DNA of 63,379 bases, filler included, from Octopus bimaculoides (Eukaryota), in the NCBI RefSeq assembly GCF_001194135.2. It is 10 parts of 10 records of this genome, joined end to end, with 100 filler letters (N's around TTAATTAATTAA, not from the genome) between each part and the next. Parts side by side here need not be neighbours in the genome. Positions count along the whole stretch, not along the records: positions 1 to 18,789 come from NC_068988.1; 9 more parts are not named here. One strand, 5' to 3'. Made by a program: the position numbers and the translations under genes. This document shows positions 1 through 11,083 of the stretch, piece by piece. Below the pieces are notes generated by a model that saw only the letters and a program-made list of their open reading frames with translations, made no database searches and had not been told where the DNA came from. The number at the start of each line of letters is the position of its first letter. Position 1 is the stretch's first letter.

Positions 1-26
1 TTTCATGCCCCTCCCCACCATCCAAT

Positions 27-57
<31 letters not shown>

Positions 58-934
58 TTTTTGGCCATCACACACCACCCGTGATTAGAGGCAGGAGTGT
101 ATGGTAGCGGTAGAGCTTAGAGGGGGGTAACCCGCCTCACATCCAACCCGATTGCTTTGCCAGTCACCTAAATTTAAACAAGCAAAAATAAAAAACACGC
201 CACGTTTCTCTTGTTAAACACCCCACGAACAATATCTTCACTCTCCCACTTCCACTCTCCCACTCACTCTCTCTCCTTCTTCTTTCTCTCCCTCCTCTTC
301 TCTCTGTCACCTTGTTGCCCTCTCACCTTCACTACTCTCTTCCCCACCTTTGTCTCGATTTACACACACACACAGCGCAGCACACAAGCGCACACACAAG
401 CACTCACATATATACATAAATGCATATATATATATATATATATATATACATAAATATATATATATATTACTCTCACTCCCACCTGCTCTTTTTCTCATCC
501 TCCCACTTCCTCCAGTACGCTATTCATCTCTTCCTTTACCTCCATACTCACAGCTCACCGCAGTCTTTTGTCTTTCGGTCTTATTGTTCCTTACCTCGCC
601 TTTCTCTCTCTCTCCCTTTCTATTTCATGTGCGTGTATGTGCGTGTATGTGCGTGTATGTGTGTGTGTGTGTGTGCGTGTCAGTGTGTTACAGCGAGTGA
701 GTATGTTACTGCATGTGTGTTCTTGCTTTAATCTGTGTGCGTATCACCTTTACTCTGCTTCAAACAAACTTCAGCTCTGCAACTTCTCTCTCTCTCTCTC
801 TCTCGTTTTATCTCACATCTTTTTCCCCTCTTCCTTTCTGCAGAAGATCTATCTCCCCTGTAACTCTGTAACCCTTCTTTTCTTTCACTTTCTCTTGCAT
901 TCCCATCTTTTATCTGTGTGTATGTGTGTTTGGG

Positions 935-1250
935 TGGAGGCGCAATGGCCCAGTGGTTAGGACAGCGGACTTGCGGTCATAGGATCGCGGTTTCGATTCC
1001 CAGACCGGGCGTTGTGAGTGTTTATTGAGCGAAAACACCTAAAAGCTCCACGAGGCTCCGGCAGGGGATGGTGGCGAAGCCTGCTCTACTCTTTCACCAC
1101 AACTTTCTCTCACTCTTTCTTCCTGTTTCTGTTGTACCTGTAATTCAAAGGGCCAGCCTTGTCACACTCTGTGTCACACTGAATATCCCCGAGAACTACG
1201 TTAAGGGTACATGTGTCTGTGGAGTGCTCAGCCACTTGCACGTTAATTTC
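935..1250 (+). mobile_element. tRNA-derived SINE, family A, cut by a gap
   Basis: A-box-like TGGCCCAGTGGTTAGG and B-box-like GGTTTCGATTCCC head. The body is near-identical to 36890-37125 and 57258-57560. Confidence 0.85.
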
Positions 1251-2698
1251 NNNNNNNNNNNNNNNNNNNNNNNNNNNNNNNNNNNNNNNNNNNNNNNNNN
1301 NNNNNNNNNNNNNNNNNNNNNNNNNNNNNNNNNNNNNNNNNNNNNNNNNNNNNNNNNNNNNNNNNNNNNNNNNNNNNNNNNNNNNNNNNNNNNNNNNNNN
1401 NNNNNNNNNNNNNNNNNNNNNNNNNNNNNNNNNNNNNNNNNNNNNNNNNNNNNNNNNNNNNNNNNNNNNNNNNNNNNNNNNNNNNNNNNNNNNNNNNNNN
1501 NNNNNNNNNNNNNNNNNNNNNNNNNNNNNNNNNNNNNNNNNNNNNNNNNNNNNNNNNNNNNNNNNNNNNNNNNNNNNNNNNNNNNNNNNNNNNNNNNNNN
1601 NNNNNNNNNNNNNNNNNNNNNNNNNNNNNNNNNNNNNNNNNNNNNNNNNNNNNNNNNNNNNNNNNNNNNNNNNNNNNNNNNNNNNNNNNNNNNNNNNNNN
1701 NNNNNNNNNNNNNNNNNNNNNNNNNNNNNNNNNNNNNNNNNNNNNNNNNNNNNNNNNNNNNNNNNNNNNNNNNNNNNNNNNNNNNNNNNNNNNNNNNNNN
1801 NNNNNNNNNNNNNNNNNNNNNNNNNNNNNNNNNNNNNNNNNNNNNNNNNNNNNNNNNNNNNNNNNNNNNNNNNNNNNNNNNNNNNNNNNNNNNNNNNNNN
1901 NNNNNNNNNNNNNNNNNNNNNNNNNNNNNNNNNNNNNNNNNNNNNNNNNNNNNNNNNNNNNNNNNNNNNNNNNNNNNNNNNNNNNNNNNNNNNNNNNNNN
2001 NNNNNNNNNNNNNNNNNNNNNNNNNNNNNNATAAATTTACTTATTAACTAATTAACGTATTTTAACGTAATCCTTGTATTGTCCTTTGTATACCCTGATG
2101 ATTTTCCATATAAGATATTCAAAATTGAAAATTATATATTTATATATGTTTTGTAATCTTAATTTTGATTGTGAAATGAAACAATTGTAGGTGAATATGT
2201 TAATTAATTAATAATTAATTTATATCCATTAGATCCCTCTTTTTTCTATATTCATATTCATTGAAGAAATATCTCTTCAAAATATAATATATTAAACCAG
2301 TGTATCGTGGATAAGATATCCCTATAAGAGGTTCAAATATCCTCATCGTGACTATATACATACACAAACATGCAGGAAGTAAATAGACACGTTGAATTTT
2401 CAAAGTTTTTGATCTAAGCGTTTTAATATGCTTTCAGCAGTATAGATTTTACAATGTGATTATTCTTTTTCATTCCAGGTGCCATTATATTAAACATTTG
2501 GGATCTAGTTCAAAACGTTCAAATGTTTTATGTAGTGTTTTGGTACCGAAAGACTTTCAAACTTCGTATACTTATCTATTTTGTGTTATAGAACACAAAA
2601 AAATTTTTGTATTCGAATTAATTTCATGTAAAAAATTGTCTTATTTCGATAATTTCAACCAATCACTGACAAGTATTCAGCTGTTTACAGTTACTCCT

Positions 2699-2870
2699 TT
2701 GGCAGTTTAAGCGGTGTAAAGCGTATTTAATCTCCATTACTTCTGACATTTTGCAGAGAGGCAACACACGTGTGTTCGTTTTCCCTAACCCTAACCCTAA
2801 TCGACTTGCTCCTTCCCTCAAAAACCAGGCATTGTGCCTATAATAGAAAGGTTTATTAGCTACTGCCAAT
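2699..2870. mobile_element. Short MITE/HINE-like element with internal (CCCTAA)3
   Basis: TTGGCAGT near 2700 and its reverse complement ACTGCCAA near 2862 bracket (CCCTAA)3 at 2783-2800. Confidence 0.4.
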
Positions 2871-3461
2871 ANNNNNNNNNNNNNNNNNNNNNNNNNNNNN
2901 NNNNNNNNNNNNNNNNNNNNNNNNNNNNNNNNNNNNNNNNNNNNNNNNNNNNNNNNNNNNNNNNNNNNNNNNNNNNNNNNNNNNNNNNNNNNNNNNNNNN
3001 NNNNNNNNNNNNNNNNNNNNNNNNNNNNNNNNNNNNNNNNNNNNNNNNNNNNNNNNNNNNNNNNNNNNNNNNNNNNNNNNNNNNNNNNNNNNNNNNNNNN
3101 NNNNNNNNNNNNNNNNNNNNNNNNNNNNNNNNNNNNNNNNNNNNNNNNNNNNNNNNNNNNNNNNNNNNNNNNNNNNNNNNNNNNNNNNNNNNNNNNNNNN
3201 NNNNNNNNNNNNNNNNNNNNNNNNNNNNNNNNNNNNNNNNNNNNNNNNNNNNNNNNNNNNNNNNNNNNNNNNNNNNNNNNNNNNNNNNNNNNNNNNNNNN
3301 NNNNNNNNNNNNNNNNNNNNNNNNNNNNNNNNNNNNNNNNNNNNNNNNNNNNNNNNNNNNNNNNNNNNNNNNNNNNNNNNNNNNNNNNNNNNNNNNNNNN
3401 NNNNNNNNNNNNNNNNNNNNNNNNNNNNNNNNNNNNNNNNNNNNNNNNNNNNNNNNNNNNN

Positions 3462-3790
3462 ATGGGCTGAATCCTGGTAGTACTGCTATACCAGGCCAAC
3501 CCGTTGCAAAGGCGGAGCAAGCCCCTAACTCTTCGCCTCGTTCTAAAAATCAGTGCAATTCAAAAGCCAAGGAAAAGAATCAACAGATTCTCGTCCCGGT
3601 CGACCTGGGCCCTCGGAAAGGAAGCTTCGTTGTTTGAAGAGAATTGTGGAAAACGAACCCCGTTCGAAGGCTCCTGACATTGCAAAACAGCTAGAAGTTA
3701 GCCAAGAACGTGTGTTACATATCTGCATAAGCTTGGGTATTATGGACGAGCAGCTAGAAGAAAAACTCTCCTTCAACCAATTAATATTAA
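3462..3790 (+). mobile_element. Tc1-like transposase N-terminal (HTH) remnant
   Basis: Translation DSRPGRPGPSERKLRCLKRIVENEPRSKAPDIAKQLEV matches the Tc1 GRP-linker plus second-HTH pattern. Confidence 0.6.
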
Positions 3791-3856
3791 ATAAAAGATT
3801 TTGAAAATTAAAAGTGTCTATTTACTTCCTGCATATCTGTATATATATATATATAT

Positions 3857-4410
3857 ACAGGGGTGCGAATTTTCGCCATTGTTTTGGATTTTATCGACTA
3901 CACAGTATAGTAGGGTCAGTTCGGCACCGTCTGTGAAAGAAACAGCACCATGACGCAATTCACTCTGCCATAAATTTGAAAACGACATGCTAAGCATTCG
4001 CGCCTGAAGCTCCAATACGAACATTTCAGAGTATTTGGGTGTCAATCTCAGGACAGTGCAGAGGATTCAGAAAGAGTTGGATGCGTCTAATGGTGATTAC
4101 GAATGTACGGCAGCTCGGAAAACTCACTCTGATCGTTCTGATAAGAAGAGAACTCCCCAGACTGCAACCACCTTTATTATTATGTGTGGGGCGCAGTTGA
4201 GCGAGAAATCAAGAAAACCCCTTGTAATGCCAAAGATGAACTGAACACAAAGGTTATGGCTGTATTCACCAACTTAAACAAGGAGGCCGACCAGAAGAGC
4301 TGCAAAAGATTCCGAAGTCGTCTGGAGGCTGTAGTTGAAGGCAATGGCGATTTTATAGAATAAATTTACTGTTTAGTATTTCAAGATATTCTAATATAAT
4401 TTTGGTAAAT
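3857..4410 (+). mobile_element. Internally deleted Tc1/mariner-superfamily element
   Basis: N-terminal GVNLRTVQRIQKELD is joined to a C-terminal CKRFRSRLEAVVEGNGDFIE*. It lies between TA microsatellites. Confidence 0.65.
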
Positions 4411-4569
4411 ATATATATATATATACAGTCGGCCTGAGGCTATAGTAGAAGACATTTGCCCAAGGTGCCATGCTGCAAGCTTCTTACCACACATACATCA
4501 CATACATATACATACAAACATACACACAAACATATATACATACATACATACACACAAACATACATGCAT

Positions 4570-5450
4570 ACATACATACATGCATACATAGCAGGATATG
4601 TAACACGCTACCTAAATTCCAATCTTGACAAATTGGGCTTCTCAAAGATAAAGGAGTCTTAAGATCCAATCCATCACTGGAACTGTAAAAGTCTGTAAAA
4701 ATTTTCCAGAAGTTTATAATTCAAGTATGTATGAGCATGTCTAGATATGGAAGTATATGCCTGAGAAGACATACATAAAACAAAACATTCAAATCTGTAC
4801 ACATACATACATACATACATACATACATGGATGTCAACATCCCACTAAAGATTAGAGAAAAAGAGAACAACTACGCCGAGCTACTGAGAAATTTGCAGAT
4901 ACTCCACCCAGACTACAAGTTCAGATTCATACCCGTGATTGTTGGGGCATTGGGATATGTAACAAACTGCCTCAACAAAAACCTGGAAAAATTAGGGTTC
5001 TCAAAACCTGAAAGAAAAAGGCTGATTAGAAGACTACAGATTCAAGCCATCAATGGAACTGTAAAGATATGTGAAACTTTCCAAAAATTTAGCACATAAA
5101 TACATATGCATGCATCTAGACATAAAAACGCATCCATAAAACAAACATACAAATCTGCGCATACACTAACACCAAATACTGCACACACACACATATGCAC
5201 AAATACCTAGATGATGTTGATAAAAGTTCCAATGAAGGAGCCTTGAATCTATGTTAGAGTCCGGCTCTTTCTCTATGGACAAGAAATACAGAAATGAAAC
5301 TGATTGATAACATACACACATAAATACATACAAAAAGACTCTGTTGATATTGTTGAAATTCCAATGAAGGAGGCTAGGATCAAGGTTAGAAACCGGTTCT
5401 TTCTCTATTGGCAATAAATCTTAAAATGAAACTGAATGATGACATGCATA
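4570..5450 (+). mobile_element. Stacked 3' ends of an R4/Dong-type (RLE) non-LTR retrotransposon
   Basis: 4827-5099 encodes KENNYAELLRNLQILHPDYKFRFIPVIVGALGYV, the RLE C-terminus. A partial copy lies at 4570-4800 and the 3' UTR is repeated at about 5220-5310 and 5345-5450. Confidence 0.8.
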
Positions 5451-5459
5451 TCTCAGTTT

Positions 5460-5958
5460 CTCTCTGAATCCGTTTTTCCTTTTGTCCTAACCAACGCCAG
5501 CACCAACACATCCGAACATGAAAGGAGATAACCGTGAGTAGACCACCTTTGGTCATATAATTTACTCGATCAGACCCAACCTGAATCTAAACACAATTAC
5601 TTCTTGTGTTTAATTTCAAGATGGTGACCCACGATGAAGTCAGGTCAGCTATGGCTTTGACAAAGCTCACAGGAACTTTAGCAAGTTGAAGGGCTTCTAG
5701 CATCCATGAGTGGGGAACAGAGTCAAGGGCTTTCTTGTAGTCCAGCCACATTGAAACTAGATTCCTTATATGCTCCCGCACCTCTGACATTACAGTTTTG
5801 TTTAATTAACAATTGCACGGCACATCCTCAGACTCCCTTCTTCCCAGCTGCTTGTTCTGCTGTGATGATGTTATTGTTTTCACAGCGGTCTTGGAGGAAG
5901 AGGTTTAAACATGTTGTATATAATTTATACATTAATTTCTGGCATACAATTGGCCGGT

Positions 5959-6009
<51 letters not shown>

Positions 6010-6720
6010 CATGCTGGTGATCTTGCATTTGGGGATCAGTTTTGTCTCTGCCAGAGCTAACCAGTGTGATTATGCTACTGTTCCCAATGAGAGCTTGCTG
6101 GTACAAATTGATAAAATATGGTCGGTAAAATGTTAGCTTCTTGTACCAGTATCCAACAATCTAGTCTCTTCCAGGTGCTTTTCCATCCTGGAGGTTCTGG
6201 ATCACAGTTGCAAGTATCACTATCAATGCTGTATGTCTAGGATGTAACACAGAAGCAATTACTTCTTTGGATTTCTTCCAGCCACAGAACATCTTCGTTA
6301 AATTCCTTCTCTTCACTCCAGATTTTCCTCCAGAAGGAGCCTATGTCTTCTCGTGAAGAAGCTATTGTGATGTTCACTGCTCCTCCTCTCATGTCTCTGT
6401 ATACTGCTGCCTGGTTGCGGTTGAATTTTTTGTTTATTGTTCTTCTCTCGGTTCTTCTCTTCTGATGTCGGAGTTTTTCATTGACAGCTTTTAGCTCCTG
6501 CTTGAGGGTAATCAGTGTGCAAGTGAGTGCCCTCTTTTTGCTGTCTCCAAACATCATTTCTATCTCCTTTACTTTCTGTTGGTGGGACGTATAGTGATTT
6601 GCTTGTTTGCATGCAATAAGCATCATTACACGACCGATGGTCTTCCGTAAACCAGTTATCTTTTTCTCTGTCTACAAAACCCATGATGGTACTTTCTTTC
6701 TTGTTTCAGTTTTGTTTACT
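5460..6720 (-). mobile_element. Degenerate R4/Dong-type reverse transcriptase fragment
   Basis: Motifs KAPGRD, KNYRPIVCQKLMYKLYT, AEQAAGKKG and WLDYKKALDSVPHSW, with stops, frameshifts and a 47-nt homopolymer. Confidence 0.85.
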
Positions 6721-7161
6721 TTTTGAATGTTGTTCATGTACTGCTCCGCAGTAGTAGACAGGGTATATAGACAAGGGTTAATATGCCAGAAGGAAGGTTC
6801 ATTACACAGCTGTAAATATTCCTCACCAATTTCGTTAACAGCTTTTAATACCGTATCTGGTTATGAAAAAATGGAACCACCAATACCTAAACAATGACTC
6901 CTACCAACACCACGGCCAAAAGAAGAATAAATCAAAGTCTTATGATATGTACATCTGTACTACAAACAACAGTCGAGCATTAATATGATATAACCGCTCA
7001 ATTAGAAGTGTGGGCGTTCAAATTAAAACCAGTTAAATCTAATAGATATATACTCATACCACCAGCAACAACCACCTCACCAGGCGAGACATCGTGTTAC
7101 ATATCTGTTTACAATACCCTCCTTCACTTCTGAATACTTATTAGAGGAAATTCTCGCGCGT

Positions 7162-7490
7162 ATGCAAGGCTGGGTTGAAAAAGTTCATAGGCTGACTGTG
7201 AAGGAGTGAGAGTAGAGTTGGGAAATCTTGCATGCATTAATTTCAACCCTTCTTATTAGTAACTGCATTGTTTCTTTCCAGGTAAACTGACAACTGACTG
7301 TTCAAAGAAGACTTCAAAAGTAACTAGTAGCGACTTCTCTTGAAAATAAACAAAATCTAGCATCATGCTGTTATCAAATTAAGTACCTACAGAAAAGGGT
7401 TTATAGTCCCCAAGGACATTCATGCTGATATGCTTGCTACATTAGAGAATGACGTTCCAGCTTTATCATTAGTACAAAAATGATACACTC
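7162..7490 (+). mobile_element. Mariner 5' fragment
   Basis: TIR-like AGGCTGGGTTGAAAAAGTTC followed by a degenerate KYLQKRVYSPKDIHADMLATLENDVPALSLVQK. Its upstream part recurs inverted at about 42895-42990. Confidence 0.7.
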
Positions 7491-7639
7491 TTGTGTATCA
7501 CCCTTGTGCAAAAATAATGACTTCTAATTTAGGCGCAGGGCCAACTACTTTATGTCATGAGACATAATTAGGGTTCAGGTAATTCAGCACGACCACATCT
7601 CATCAATATAAACACTCCATCAAATGCAGTCAACGGAGT

Positions 7640-7945
7640 AATGACGATGCATCCAAGATTAAAGTCTGTCGTGAGCCCTACGACTATAAGGCCGGAGATT
7701 AACCCGGTTTTCAGACGCGTAAGTGACTGCGATTACAAGACTATCCCCCGAACAGGACGCTGATCCTTCACAGGGTTAACTTCCCAACTATAGCTCGAAT
7801 TCGTTTACGGCTGAGTGGACTGAAGCAAAGGGAAATGAAAAAAAAAAAAAGAACAAAAATGCAACGCACCGCCCAGTCTGAGAATGGGAGCTACGGTCTT
7901 AGAATCGTGTGTGCAACACCTTAACCACTAGGCCACGCACCTCCA
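7640..7945 (-). mobile_element. tRNA-derived SINE, family E, degenerate
   Basis: Reverse tRNA-like head at about 7890-7945. The GCTGAGTGGACTG...GAAATG core is related to 14490-14580 and 40480-40810. Confidence 0.6.
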
Positions 7946-8224
7946 ACAACGTATCCAAAAACAAAAACAAAACATCTTGCAAACTAATATAGAGATATAA
8001 GAAAACCACTCATACAACGGAAATAAAACTAAGTAACAAGAAACTAAATGGGGAAGTACCAAAGATAACTACAGACAAACGGAAAATTGGCAAGCGTTTC
8101 TTTCAAATATAAATCACAAAACCAGAAGTAAAACATTATATACAGAATACTCAACAACTATAATAACAGCCACGACAGCATCAAGTAACTTTCCTACACT
8201 TCAATAATAACAACAACAGTAACA

Positions 8225-8396
8225 ACAATAATCTTTTCTACTCTAAGCACAAGGCCCGAAATTTTGGGGGAGAGAGTCAGTCGATTAGATCGATCCCAGT
8301 ACGCGACTGGTACTTAATTTATCGACCCCGAAAGGATGAAAGGCAAAGTCGACCTCGGCGGAATTTGAACTCAGAACATAAAGACAGACGAAATAC
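8225..8396 (-). mobile_element. SINE family C, 3' part, interrupted by an insertion
   Basis: Matches intact copies at 55196 and 59678 and continues seamlessly at 10300-10362. Confidence 0.85.
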
Positions 8397-10299
8397 AGAT
8401 TTCTTTATTAGGCATAAAACCCTAAACACAGATGCGGACACCACAAGGACAGACAAGACCACAGTGGGGACAAAAAGCATAAAACAAATGTAAATGGGAT
8501 GAAATTATATAATAATGACAAAAATGAAAATGCCCACACGGGCCCCACTCCCATGCGGTACCATTTGAACCATTATATGTACTATCTACAATTGTTCTTT
8601 TTCCTACTTCATCACCATTATTTTCCTAAAAAACAACATCATTTAACATACATTATTTTTCTCTCTTAGAATTTCATCAGTGGTTCAATATCTCTCAGAT
8701 TCACTACTGGTGGCAACTCCTTGAATTCCACCTCCACTCTTGATGGGCCAATGCTATCTCCACACATCTCCTTCAACTTTCTGTAGTTCTCTTCTTCTTC
8801 AATCAATATTGCTTTCATGTCCTCTGCGTAGACGTATGATGGCACCTTCACTCTTACTATTGAATGAAACTTAATTATCTTTTTTTCTGTTTCAACATTC
8901 TTTGGGTACATCACATAATACCACACTCCATCTCCTCCTCGTATCTTCTTTCCTTTATCTTGTACTTTTTGTTCTCTTTTTCCTTCCTCTATCCTAAATA
9001 ATCTCTCCAACTCTCCTTCCTGCACTTGTATTTCCGAATCTTTCTCCACTGGAACAACCGGTATCTTTACTGGTAACTCCACTTTCTTTTTACTTTCCTT
9101 TTTTTCTTCCTTCCTACTGCCCTCCTTCACAGTTTCTTTCCTCACCTCTTCTCTCTTCTTTTTTTCTGCTTCTCTGGCGGAGAACTCATTCCTCCGCTCC
9201 TCCTTCTTTTCTTTTTAGCCATAGTAAATCCATTCTCCGTTTCTTTTTCTTTTTCTGTTACCATGACCTGCACCACCTGTTCTGCTTGTTCTCTTTGGGC
9301 GCACCACGCCTTCATGTGGCCCCTCTCTCCACATGTGAAACATATCGGCGGCCTTTCCTCTACACTGACTCTCAATCTTACCTCTTCTGGCAACACAATC
9401 TCATCCACCACACTGTTCAAATCCTCCGTAGTTGCCTGTATTGTCAATTCAATACCGTATCCTCAATAGTTTACCTTCTGGGTCCTGGTAACCTTCAAAA
9501 TCTTCCCACCCTTCATATTATATGTTATTGCTGTCATCAGTTATTCTTCCTTTAATTCGGGTGGCACCTTACCCNNNNNNNNNNNNNNNNNNNNNNNNNN
9601 NNNNNNNNNNNNNNNNNNNNNNNNNNNNNNNNNNNNNNNNNNNNNNNNNNNNNNNNNNNNNNNNNNNNNNNNNNNNNNNNNNNNNNNNNNNNNNNNNNNN
9701 NNNNNNNNNNNNNNNNNNNNNNNNNNNNNNNNNNNNNNNNNNNNNNNNNNNNNNNNNNNNNNNNNNNNNNNNNNNNNNNNNNNNNNNNNNNNNNNNNNNN
9801 NNNNNNNNNNNNNNNNNNNNNNNNNNNNNNNNNNNNNNNNNNNNNNNNNNNNNNNNNNNNNNNNNNNNNNNNNNNNNNNNNNCTAAGTTGTAAGTTTTTT
9901 CAATTCCTTGATACACTCCTCTATGGCTTCTATCGGTGCAACCTCTATTTTTCTTGTAGCTGTTTTCATGGTCTTAAATATCACAGTTCTTCTTGACACA
10001 ATGGCCGAAATCTCTTCAGGTGGCGTTAGTTTCAGAGTGTTACCTTCTTATGAGATTAATTTTTACTCTCCCTCATCTCTCGAGGCTCCACCTTTATCTC
10101 GCGGTTCTCCAACTCTTGCACGCCTGCTCCTCTGCTCGTTGCGGCCGCATAATTTGGGCCTCCCTCCTGCATCTTCTCCATTTTCCCACAATGGGGAACA
10201 AAACAACAAATAACAAATTAACAACGGCAACAGTCCTAACAACAATTCAAATCAAATAACAACGACAACAATTCAATAAATATTTCAACATAAACTCAC
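8397..10299 (-). mobile_element. ORF1-only (gag-like CCHC) retroelement with 13-bp TSD
   Basis: TSD ACAGACGAAATAC at 8384-8396 and 10300-10312. A disrupted ORF contains NYAAA and the zinc knuckle CFTCGERGHMKAWC and stops at 8666. No endonuclease or RT is visible. Confidence 0.8.
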
Positions 10300-10817
10300 A
10301 CAGACGAAATACCACTAAGCATTTCGCCCGGCGTGCTAACTTTTCTGCCAGCTAGCCGCCTTAATAACAATAATAATAATAATAATAATTAAAGGCACAA
10401 GGCCTGAAATTTTGGAGGAGGGGACTAGTCTATTACACCGATCCCAGTGTTTCACTGGTACTTAATTTATCGACCCTGAAAAGATGAAAGGCAAAGTCGA
10501 CCTCGGTGGAAGTTGAACTCATAATGTGAAGACAGGTGAAATGCCGCTAAGCATTTCACCTGGCGCGCTAGCGACTCTGCCAACTCGCCGCCTTTATAAT
10601 AATAATCCTTTGTACTATAAGCACAAGGCCTGATATTTCGGGTGAAAGGGATAGTCGACTACATTTACCCCAGTACTCAACCGATACTTAATTCATCAAC
10701 CCCAAAAGGATGTAAGGCAAAGTCAATCTCGGCAGAATTTGAACTCAGAACGTTGTAGCAGACGAAATACGAAGCTTTTCGCCCGGTATGCTAACGATTC
10801 TGCCAGCTCGGCGCCTT
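10300..10817 (-). mobile_element. Three head-to-tail SINE family C copies
   Basis: The head of the split copy (10300-10362) is followed by copies at about 10390-10595 and 10615-10817, separated by (AAT)n. Confidence 0.85.
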
Positions 10818-10823
10818 AATAAT

Positions 10824-10866
<43 letters not shown>

Positions 10867-10952
10867 GCAACAACAACAACAACAACAACAATAATAATAA
10901 TAATAATAATAATAATGATAATAATGATAATAATAATAATAATAATAATAAT

Positions 10953-11083
10953 AAGGCAAATAGACCAGATATAGTTGTCAAAGATCATGAAGAAAAAAAA
11001 TGCTTTCTAATTGATGTATCAATACCAGCAGATGACAACGTTTCTCTAAAAGAAATGGAAAAACTTTCAAAATACAAAGACCT
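10953..11083 (+). mobile_element. 5'-truncated R4/Dong RLE fragment in (AAT)n
   Basis: NRPDIVVKDHEEKKCFLIDVSIPADDNVSLKEMEKLSKYKD follows the PD..D/E..K RLE catalytic pattern and begins directly after (AAC)n(AAT)n. Confidence 0.85.

Noticed and set aside
211-960. ORFs rich in YI, CV, HT, SL or poly-N/D/H/M/L, here and throughout the window
   Set aside because: They are translations of di-, tri- and tetranucleotide microsatellites.
935-1010. tRNA gene
   Set aside because: A and B boxes are present, but the sequence runs into a multi-copy SINE body with no complete cloverleaf. The same applies at 40484 and 53638.
1068-2051. Long ORFs spanning N runs (also 12750, 15126, 22908, 56309 and others)
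   Set aside because: They are open only because N codons are not stops.
2783-2800. Telomere or chromosome-fusion site
   Set aside because: Only three units, embedded in a small repeat element.
10788-11083. Poly-Asn protein fused to a nuclease
   Set aside because: It is a chance in-frame junction of an (AAC/AAT)n target with a truncated Dong RLE fragment.
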